DNA of 64,000 nucleotides from Rhizobium sp. Q54 (GTDB taxonomy: Bacteria; Pseudomonadota; Alphaproteobacteria; SHVZ01): the NCBI GenBank assembly GCA_945871425.1, contig CAMBVS010000001.1, positions 16,303-80,302 on the forward strand, in the 5' to 3' direction. Position 1 is the first letter of the stretch. Each line of letters opens with the position of its first letter. This document shows positions 1 through 7,203 of this stretch, piece after piece. Position numbers and translations under genes: made by a program. The notes below the pieces were generated by a model. The model saw only the letters and a list, made by a program, of their open reading frames with translations. It ran no database searches and was not told where the DNA came from.

Positions 1-46
1 TGACGCGTGATCGAACGAGCATCGCGACGTGATTGCACTCTGGCCG

Positions 47-703
47 TCACCGGATCTCCGCCCGAATCAGGAAGCGATAGGCGCAGAGGTCGCGGGCGAA
101 TCCCAGGGTCAGCGTGTCCAGCAGCGCTGACTTGCCCTGGACCGGCGCCTCGATGCGGGTGACCGCGAGCCCCGCCTGCTCGAACAGGGTCGTGGCCGAG
201 GCGCGGGTGAAGAAGCGGAGATGGCCCCGGTCCAACGTGCCGGAGGAGGCGTAGTCGAAACGTCCGTTCAGAAGAAGCGGGCCCAGTGTGCCCAGGTGCC
301 GGATGTTGGGGATGCAGGCGATGATCGCTCCGCCCGCACGAAGCCGGGCTTTGAGCCGGCGGACCACCCCCCAGGGGTCGATCAGGTGCTCGAGCACGTC
401 GAGACAGAGCACGAGGTCGAGTTCGTCGGGCAGATCCGAGTCGGGCAGCGATTCGATGTTGCCGGCGATGACGCGGTCGAGATGGGCCCGGGCCTGCGCG
501 GCGGCCTCGGGGGCGATCTCGACCCCGGCGGCCCAGCGGACGAGCCCCTGTTCCTTCATGCGCGCAAGGGTCGCGCCTTCGCCGCATCCCAGCTCCAGCG
601 CGCGCTCGACGGCGCCTGCAAGCAAGGGAACCACTTCCATATCCCGAGCATTGGCGAAATATCCCGCCGGTTTGTCCGAGTAGAGTTCGCGAACCGCATC
701 CAT
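47..703 (-). CDS. class I SAM-dependent methyltransferase
   Basis: 218-aa ORF with the glycine-rich SAM motif 'LELGCGEGATL' and a downstream acidic 'CLDVLEHL' segment. Overlapping + strand ORFs are Arg/Pro-rich shadows. Confidence 0.8.
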   Translation of the reverse strand: MDAVRELYSDKPAGYFANARDMEVVPLLAGAVERALELGCGEGATLARMKEQGLVRWAAGVEIAPEAAAQARAHLDRVIAGNIESLPDSDLPDELDLVLCLDVLEHLIDPWGVVRRLKARLRAGGAIIACIPNIRHLGTLGPLLLNGRFDYASSGTLDRGHLRFFTRASATTLFEQAGLAVTRIEAPVQGKSALLDTLTLGFARDLCAYRFLIRAEIR

Positions 704-841
704 GATCTGCAGACTATATCCCGCCGAATACCGTTTCGCCCTTCCTAAGCTCCCGAATCTGTGATGACATTAGCTCCGGGCTCGACAGAGCCGTGCCGGC
801 CCGTCCGTGACCCTTCTCTCGCCGACCGACCGCTCGACTCA

Positions 842-1492
842 ATGGACAGCCTTCCGACCATCCGCGCCAGCTATCGCCGCCTCTCGCCGCTCTACGACGT
901 GCTTGAAGGCGCCATCTTCCATTCCGGGCGCAAGGACGCGGTCGCGCTTGCGAACAAGCGTGCCAACCAGCGCATCCTGGACGTCGGCGTCGGCACCGGG
1001 CTTGCGCTTCCGCTCTACCGCAAGGACGCCTGGGTCGTCGGCATCGACGCCTCGCCGGAGATGCTGAAGCGGGCGAAGGCCCGCGTCGAGCGCAAGCGCC
1101 TGGAGAACGTCGGCGGCCTGATCGAGATGGACGCCATGCGGATGGCCTTCGCCGACCGCAGCTTCGACGCCGTGGTGGCGATGCATGTCGCGTCCGTGGT
1201 GCCCGATCCGATGAAGCTGATCGCCGAGATGAAACGGGTCTGCGTGCCCGGCGGCGACATCCTGGTGGTGAACCACTTCGCCTCTTCCGGCGGCGTCATG
1301 CGGCTGATCGAGAAGTCGGCGCGGCCCTTCGCCGAGGTCATCGGCTTCCGCCCGGACGTCCGCCTGATGCATCTCGCCGACGGCGCCAGGCTGCAGATCG
1401 TCCAGGTCCGCCGGGTCAATCTCGGCGGCTACTGGCGGCTGATCCATTTCCGCAATACCGCGCCGGCCGACGCGGCTCACCGCAACGCCTGA
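842..1492 (+). CDS. class I SAM-dependent methyltransferase (UbiE/COQ5-like; resembles Rhodobacter-type phospholipid N-methyltransferases)
   Basis: The track ORF is 761..1492. I prefer ATG 842 (MDSLPTIRASY...) because it aligns with the N-terminus of the downstream paralog (MDLDLIRRLY...). SAM motif 'ILDVGVGTGLALPLY'. Confidence 0.75.
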   Translation: MDSLPTIRASYRRLSPLYDVLEGAIFHSGRKDAVALANKRANQRILDVGVGTGLALPLYRKDAWVVGIDASPEMLKRAKARVERKRLENVGGLIEMDAMRMAFADRSFDAVVAMHVASVVPDPMKLIAEMKRVCVPGGDILVVNHFASSGGVMRLIEKSARPFAEVIGFRPDVRLMHLADGARLQIVQVRRVNLGGYWRLIHFRNTAPADAAHRNA

Positions 1493-1513
1493 CCGGCACA
1501 GGCCGTCCGTCCC

Positions 1514-2179
1514 ATGGATCTCGACCTGATCCGGCGCCTCTACGGCAAGGGCGCCAAGGTCTATGACGCCGTCTTCGGCCCGCTGCTGGATCGCGGACGG
1601 CGGCTGGCGGTCGAGACGGTGAACGCGACCGGCGCGAAATCGGTGCTCGAGGTCGGCGTCGGCACCGGCCTCTCGCTTCCGCTCTACCGCCGCGATCTCG
1701 AGGTCACCGGCATCGACCTCTCGCCCGAGATGCTGGCGCGCGCGCGCGAACGCGCGGCGGCGCTGCCGAACGTCCGGGGCCTGCTGGAAATGGACGCCCA
1801 GAACATGAGCTTCCCCGACGCCCGCTTCGATGCGGTCGTCGCCATGTATGTCGCCGCCGTGGTGCCGGACATGCACCGGCTCTTCGCCGAGCTGAAGCGG
1901 GTCTGCGTTCCCGGCGGACATGTGCTGGTGCTGAACCACATCAGCGCCGACAAGGGCGTGCTCGGGACCATCGACCGCCTGGCGGCGCCCGCGACCCGAG
2001 CGCTCGCCATCCGCTCCGACCTCACCCTGAAGACCCTGGTGGATGCTGCCGGGCTGGAGCTGGTCGCGGCCGACGACGCCGGCATCGGCGGATACATCAA
2101 GCTGGTCAGGTTCCGGAATAAATCATCGGAACCCTCCCTCGGCTCCGCCGGGGGAGGGCAGGGTGGGGGCCGAGCGTAG
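1514..2179 (+). CDS. class I SAM-dependent methyltransferase, tandem paralog of 842..1492
   Basis: 221 aa with 'VLEVGVGTGLSLPLY'. It shares strings 'FDAVVAM' and 'KRVCVPGG' with the upstream gene. The last ~16 codons lie inside repeat B1. Confidence 0.75.
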   Translation: MDLDLIRRLYGKGAKVYDAVFGPLLDRGRRLAVETVNATGAKSVLEVGVGTGLSLPLYRRDLEVTGIDLSPEMLARARERAAALPNVRGLLEMDAQNMSFPDARFDAVVAMYVAAVVPDMHRLFAELKRVCVPGGHVLVLNHISADKGVLGTIDRLAAPATRALAIRSDLTLKTLVDAAGLELVAADDAGIGGYIKLVRFRNKSSEPSLGSAGGGQGGGRA

Positions 2180-2270
2180 CGAGGTCGTGTTGCGCTCCAT
2201 CGCTTGAAGACCTCGCTGATGCTCGGCCCCCACCCCATCCCTCCCCCGCGCGTCGCACGAGGGAGGGGGT
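2131..2270. repeat. B-family palindromic G5/C5-rich intergenic repeat, copy B1
   Basis: Outer inverted arms are 'accctccctc' and 'gagggagggggt'. Inner arms are 'ggggagggcagggtgggggccgagc' and 'gctcggcccccaccccatccctcccc'. Same architecture as 17472..17628. Confidence 0.65.
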
Positions 2271-2393
2271 ACGACTCCGCCTTCCTCAAATTTTCTTAAT
2301 CTTGCGGCAAGGCGCCGCCGAGGTGCCGATCCCCATTCTCTTCTCCAGTCTTCCCGGCTGCATGTCGCGCCGGAACACGAAGGAGAGAGACAG

Positions 2394-3878
2394 ATGACGA
2401 AACCCAGGAACCGGACGCCGCGGATGCGCATGCTCGCCGCCGCGCTTCTGGTCACCACCATCCTCGGCGGCGGCGTCGCCTGGTCGCAGGCGACCATGGT
2501 CCCGCCGGTCGCGGCGCCGACGACGACGGCGACGCCTTACGGCATCCGGCAGCTGGGCTTCGCCGACCTCGTCGACAAGGTGAAGCCGGCGGTGGTCAAC
2601 ATTTCCACCACCGAGAAGGCGGTCCGCCCCAACGCACGCCAGATGCCGAACATGCCCCCGCAGATGGAGGAGATGTTCCGGCGCTACTTCCGCGGCCAGG
2701 GCAATGACGGCGAGGGTCGGGCGAAGCGGTCGGCCGGCTCCGGCTTCATCGTCGATCCGGCCGGCTGGATCGTCACCAACAACCACGTCGTCGACGGCGC
2801 CACCAAGATCACGGTGACGCTGGACAACGGCACGAGCTATCCGGCGACGGTGAAGGGCCGCGACGAGAAGGTCGACGTGGCGCTCTTGAAGATCGACGCC
2901 TCCGGCCCGCTGCCCTATCTCGCGCTCGGCAACTCCGATGCCGCGCGCGTCGGCGACTGGGTGATCGCGGTCGGCAACGCCTTCGGCCTCGGCGGCACGG
3001 TGACGGCGGGCATCATCTCGGCCCACAACCGCAACATCCACGCCGGCCCCTATGACGCCTTCCTGCAGATCGACGCCCCGATCAATCCCGGCAACTCGGG
3101 TGGCCCCCTGTTCAACCAGCAGGGCCAGGTGATCGGCGTCTCGACGGCGATCTACTCGCCGAACGGCGGCAGCGTCGGCATCGGCTTCGCCATCCCGTCC
3201 AACCTCGTCGCCAAGGTGGTGGCGGAGCTGCGCGAGCACGGCAGCGTCAGCCGCGGCTGGCTCGGCGTGCAGATGCAGCCCCTGACCCCGCCTCTGGCGA
3301 AGGCGATGGGCCTGCCCGGCGCCGAGGGCGTCGTGGTCAACCGCGTCGAGGAGAACTCGCCGGCGGCCAAGGCCAGGCTGCAGCTGGGCGACGTCATCAC
3401 CGCCTTCGACGGCCGGGCGATCAAGTCGCCGCGCGATCTCGCCGTCGCCGTCGGCGACGCCAAGGCGGGCACCGCTGCGCGGATGACCGTGTGGCGTGAC
3501 GGCCGCGAGCAGACGGTCAACGTCACCATCGGCGCGCCTCAGAAAGAGAAGGCGGCCGCCAACGACCAGGCTCCGGAGCGCAACCCGGTCGGCCTGGCGC
3601 TGGCCCCGCTGTCGGCCGAGCAGCGGGAAGAGCTGGGCCTGTCGCCGACGGCCAAGGGTGTCGTCGTCTCGCGCGTGACGCCCGACAGCCGGGCGGCCGA
3701 GAGCGGCATCGAGGCGGGCGACGTCATCGTCCGCGTCGGCGACGAGCCGGTGAACGCGCCGGCCGATGCCATCGCCAAGATCCGCAAGGCCGAGGCCGAA
3801 AAAAAAGAGGCCGTGCCGTTGTTGGTCATGCGGGACGGCACCACATATTACTTAGCCCTGCAGCTCCAGCGGAGTTGA
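2394..3878 (+). CDS. Do/DegP/HtrA-family periplasmic serine endoprotease with two PDZ domains
   Basis: 494 aa with a hydrophobic signal-like N-terminus. Catalytic regions 'TNNHVV', 'DVALLKI' and 'GNSGGPLFN' are present, followed by two PDZ-like C-terminal segments. Confidence 0.9.
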   Translation: MTKPRNRTPRMRMLAAALLVTTILGGGVAWSQATMVPPVAAPTTTATPYGIRQLGFADLVDKVKPAVVNISTTEKAVRPNARQMPNMPPQMEEMFRRYFRGQGNDGEGRAKRSAGSGFIVDPAGWIVTNNHVVDGATKITVTLDNGTSYPATVKGRDEKVDVALLKIDASGPLPYLALGNSDAARVGDWVIAVGNAFGLGGTVTAGIISAHNRNIHAGPYDAFLQIDAPINPGNSGGPLFNQQGQVIGVSTAIYSPNGGSVGIGFAIPSNLVAKVVAELREHGSVSRGWLGVQMQPLTPPLAKAMGLPGAEGVVVNRVEENSPAAKARLQLGDVITAFDGRAIKSPRDLAVAVGDAKAGTAARMTVWRDGREQTVNVTIGAPQKEKAAANDQAPERNPVGLALAPLSAEQREELGLSPTAKGVVVSRVTPDSRAAESGIEAGDVIVRVGDEPVNAPADAIAKIRKAEAEKKEAVPLLVMRDGTTYYLALQLQRS

Positions 3879-3891
3879 CGGGCAACCGGCT

Positions 3892-3919
3892 GGAGCGACG
3901 ATTCCCCCCTCGTCGCTCC
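3892..3919 (+). other. 10-bp stem hairpin between the protease and response-regulator genes
   Basis: 'ggagcgacga' - 'ttcccccc' - 'tcgtcgctcc'. There is no following T-tract, so it is not a canonical intrinsic terminator. Confidence 0.3.
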
Positions 3920-3941
3920 GGCCGACTTCCTTCGAGGCGTC

Positions 3942-4619
3942 ATGAAGATCCTGCTGGTCGAGGACAACGAGCGGGTCCGGGATTTCGTCGCCAAGGGGCT
4001 CCGCGAAAGCGGCCATGTCGTCGACCAGGCCGCCAACGGCCGTGACGGGCTGTTCCTCGCCTCCAGCGAGACCTACGACGCCATCATCCTCGACCGCATG
4101 CTGCCCGGCGGCATCGACGGCATCGGCATCATCGAGGCGCTGCGCAAGACCGGGAACAAGACCCCGATCCTGATTCTCTCGGCGCTGGCCGAGGTCGACG
4201 ACCGCATCAAGGGCCTCAAGGCCGGCGGCGACGACTACCTCACCAAGCCCTTCGCCTTCGGCGAGCTGATGGCCCGCCTCGATGCCCTGGTTCGCCGCTC
4301 GCAGCGGGCGGATGTGGAGACGGTGCTCAGCGTCGGCGACCTGAGAATGGATCTCCTCGCCCGCCAGGTGACGCGGGCGGGGAAGCCGGTCGACCTGCAG
4401 CCGCGCGAGTTCAAGCTGCTCGAATACCTGATGCGCCATGCCGAGCAGGCGGTGACCCGCACCATGCTGCTGGAGAACGTCTGGGACTACCACTTCGACC
4501 CGCAGACCAACGTCATCGACGCGCATATCTCCAAGCTGCGCCAGAAGATCGACGCGCCCTTCGACCGGCCGCTGCTGCAGACGCTGCGCGGCGTCGGCTA
4601 CAAGCTCGGCGCCTCTTGA
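3942..4619 (+). CDS. OmpR/PhoB-family response regulator
   Basis: 225 aa. Receiver domain (MKILLVEDN..., 'DAIILDRMLPG', 'LSALA', 'YLTKPF') plus a winged-helix C-terminus ('LLEYLMRH', 'RGVGYKL'). Confidence 0.92.
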   Translation: MKILLVEDNERVRDFVAKGLRESGHVVDQAANGRDGLFLASSETYDAIILDRMLPGGIDGIGIIEALRKTGNKTPILILSALAEVDDRIKGLKAGGDDYLTKPFAFGELMARLDALVRRSQRADVETVLSVGDLRMDLLARQVTRAGKPVDLQPREFKLLEYLMRHAEQAVTRTMLLENVWDYHFDPQTNVIDAHISKLRQKIDAPFDRPLLQTLRGVGYKLGAS

Positions 4620-6010
4620 GTAAGCTTCTCCGCTCGACCTCCGTCCGCCTGGCGCTGGGCTATGCGGTGCTGTTCATCCTGTCGTCGGCGCTGCTGGTCG
4701 GCCTCTTGTGGTGGCGGACGGCCGACTATCTCGACCGCGCGACCGAGGCGGTGATCGTCGCCGACACCCAGGCCGTGGGCGACCGGCTGCGCGACTTCGG
4801 CCTCGCCGGCGCGGTCGAGACCGTCAAGGAGCGCGTGCGCCGCGCCGCCGACGAGCGCGCGATCTATCTCCTGACCGATCCGCGCCTCAACCCGGTCACC
4901 GGCAACCTGAATGCCTGGCCGCTCGAGGTCGGCCAGCGGGCGGGCTGGTACCAGGTGGGCCTCGTGCGCGACGACCGGCGGCATGCGACCCGCATCCTGC
5001 ACGTGCTGCTGCCCGGCAATTTCCATCTGCTGGTCGGCCGCGACGTCGAGGACCGCGTTCAGCTCCGGGCGCTGATCTTCAACGCGCTGGCCTGGGCGGC
5101 GGCGGCCGCGGTGGTGCTGGCGATCGCCGGCGGCCTCCTGGTGCGGCGCGCCACGCTGGGGCGGATCGAGGAGATCAACCGCACCGCGTCCGGCATCGTC
5201 CGCGGCGATCTCTCGCGTCGCCTGCCGGTGCGCCGCTCCGGTGACGAGTTCGACCAGCTGGCGCTGATCATCAACGGCCTCTTGGAGCAGATCCAGCAGC
5301 TGATCGAAGGGCTGCAGACCACCAGCCACGCGATCGCGCATGACCTGCGCACGCCGCTGACCGAGCTGCGCGGCCGGCTGGAAGACCTGCTGCGGACGCG
5401 CCCGCCGGCCGAGGACGCGTTCAGACAGATCGACGACGCCGTCGCCGATGTAGATCGCGTGATCGAGATCTTCAACGCGCTGCTCAGGCTGGCCGAGATC
5501 GATTCCGGCGTCCGGCGATCGGGCTTCCGCCGGGTCGATCTCGGGCGCCTGGTCGCCGAGGCGGCGGAGCTCTATCGGCCGACCGTGGAAGAGACGCAGG
5601 CGACGCTGGCGGTGGAGGCGGCCGAGGGCGTGGAGATCGACGGCGATCCGTTCCTGATCGCGCAGGCGGTCGGCAACCTCCTCGACAACGCGGCGAAGGT
5701 CGCGCCGGCCGGGAGCACCGTCACGCTGTCGCTCGCGCGCCGGGACGACCGGATCGAGATCGCGGTCTCAGATCGCGGCCCCGGCATTCCCGCGGCGGAG
5801 AAGCCGCGTGCGACCGAGCGCTTCTTCCGCGGCGACGCCAGCCGCGGCACGCGCGGCGTCGGATTGGGCCTCAGCCTGGTCGCCGCCGTCGCCCGCCTGC
5901 ATGGCGGTGCCCTGGTGCTGGACGACAACGAGCCGGGCCTGAAGGCGCGGCTGGTGATTCCGGCGACGGATACAGGCTCGCTACACGAGAAGCGTCCGAC
6001 CCTCGCTTAA
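4616..6010 (+). CDS. sensor histidine kinase (2 TM, HAMP, HisKA, HATPase_c)
   Basis: 464 aa. The TTG start overlaps the regulator stop codon. H-box 'AHDLRTPL', N-box 'LLDNAAK', G-boxes 'DRGPGI' and 'GVGLGLSLV'. Confidence 0.9.
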   Translation: MSKLLRSTSVRLALGYAVLFILSSALLVGLLWWRTADYLDRATEAVIVADTQAVGDRLRDFGLAGAVETVKERVRRAADERAIYLLTDPRLNPVTGNLNAWPLEVGQRAGWYQVGLVRDDRRHATRILHVLLPGNFHLLVGRDVEDRVQLRALIFNALAWAAAAAVVLAIAGGLLVRRATLGRIEEINRTASGIVRGDLSRRLPVRRSGDEFDQLALIINGLLEQIQQLIEGLQTTSHAIAHDLRTPLTELRGRLEDLLRTRPPAEDAFRQIDDAVADVDRVIEIFNALLRLAEIDSGVRRSGFRRVDLGRLVAEAAELYRPTVEETQATLAVEAAEGVEIDGDPFLIAQAVGNLLDNAAKVAPAGSTVTLSLARRDDRIEIAVSDRGPGIPAAEKPRATERFFRGDASRGTRGVGLGLSLVAAVARLHGGALVLDDNEPGLKARLVIPATDTGSLHEKRPTLA

Positions 6011-6197
6011 TGGCGTGACGCTCGCGATATGGTCTCGCTACGCGAGGAGCCTCCGACCCTCGCTCAGTGGCGTGACGCTTTCGTTCGCGAAGACGCGAAC
6101 CCCGCGTCCCGCCGCTCGGGCGATCCGAGCCGCGAGGCGCGGCAGTAAGCGTCTTCGCTTACGAGAGCGGCGAGCACCAAGGCGAGGTCCGAAACTC
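5977..6197 (+). repeat. A-family modular intergenic repeat, copy A1
   Basis: Two 'ctcgc-NNN-gcgag ... ccgaccctcgct..ggcgtgacgc' sub-units, then hairpin gttcgcg-aaga-cgcgaac (6083..6100), then 'cccgcgtcccgccgctcggg'. It overlaps the last ~11 codons of the kinase gene. Confidence 0.75.
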
Positions 6198-6202
6198 GTG
6201 CC

Positions 6203-7144
6203 CTACTTCGGCGCGACGACGCCCGTCTGACTCACGATCAAGCCGTAAGCGTCCGGCCGCCTGTGCGCCGCGAAGTCGAACATCTTCTGCTTGCCGTGGG
6301 CGCAGAGATCGAGATCGCAGTCCGCCACCAGCAGCTCGTCGGCGAGCGTCTTCGCTTCCGCGACGACCCGCCCGTTGGGATCGACGATGACCGAGCCGCC
6401 GATCAAGCCTGAGCCGTCCTCGACGCCGGCCTTGGCGACGCACGCGGCCCAGGTCGAGTTCATGTACGCGTTCGCCTGCGCGACCAAAGTCGAATGGAAG
6501 GTGCGGAGCTTGGCGTCCTCGTTGTCACGCCCGTAGGGATCGTAGGCGGCGGAGTTGTAGCCGCAGCACACCAGCTCGACGCCCTGCAATCCCAGCACGC
6601 GCCAGGCCTCCGGCCAGCGCCGGTCGTTGCAGATCAAGGTGCCCATCACCGCGTGGCCGAGATCGTCGGGCGCGCGGAACGCCTTGAATCCAAGGTCGCC
6701 ATTGGTGAAGTAGCGCTTCTCCAGCTGCTGATAGGAGGCGCCGGCGCGCGGCTCCAGCGTGCCCGGCAGATGCACCTTCCGGTACTTGGAGAGGATGCGC
6801 CCGTCGCGGCCGACGATGACGGCCGCGTTGTAGCGCTTTCCCTCCGCCGTCAGCTCGGCGTAGCCGACATGGAATCCCAAGCGCAAGTCGCGCGCGCGGT
6901 CGAACAGCGCCTGCGTCTCCGGCCCCGGCAGGCTGCGCTCGCAATACGCATCGAGCGCCGCGTCGTCGAGCAGCCAGCGCGGGAAGAAGGTGGTGAACGC
7001 CAGCTCGGGGAAGACGACGAAGGTCGCGCCCGCGGCCGCGGCTTTCTCCAGAAGGGCGATCAGGCGGGCGAGCGTATGCGGGCGGGTGTCCGCGCGCTGG
7101 GTGGGGCCGAGCTGGGCTGCGGCGAGACGGATGAGGCGGGGCAT
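6203..7144 (-). CDS. carbon-nitrogen hydrolase family protein (N-carbamoyl-D-amino-acid hydrolase-like)
   Basis: Only the C-terminal 313 aa of the 1110-aa track ORF look real, starting at 'MPRLIRLAAAQLGP...'. 'VVFPELAFTTFFP' carries the catalytic Glu region and 'GTLICNDRRWPE' the Cys region. ATG at 7144. Confidence 0.8.
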   Translation of the reverse strand: MPRLIRLAAAQLGPTQRADTRPHTLARLIALLEKAAAAGATFVVFPELAFTTFFPRWLLDDAALDAYCERSLPGPETQALFDRARDLRLGFHVGYAELTAEGKRYNAAVIVGRDGRILSKYRKVHLPGTLEPRAGASYQQLEKRYFTNGDLGFKAFRAPDDLGHAVMGTLICNDRRWPEAWRVLGLQGVELVCCGYNSAAYDPYGRDNEDAKLRTFHSTLVAQANAYMNSTWAACVAKAGVEDGSGLIGGSVIVDPNGRVVAEAKTLADELLVADCDLDLCAHGKQKMFDFAAHRRPDAYGLIVSQTGVVAPK

Positions 7145-7203
7145 GGCGGTCTCTCTCTCGGGAGGGAGCCCCGAGCATAGCCGACGTACGGCCCGTCCGT
7201 GCT

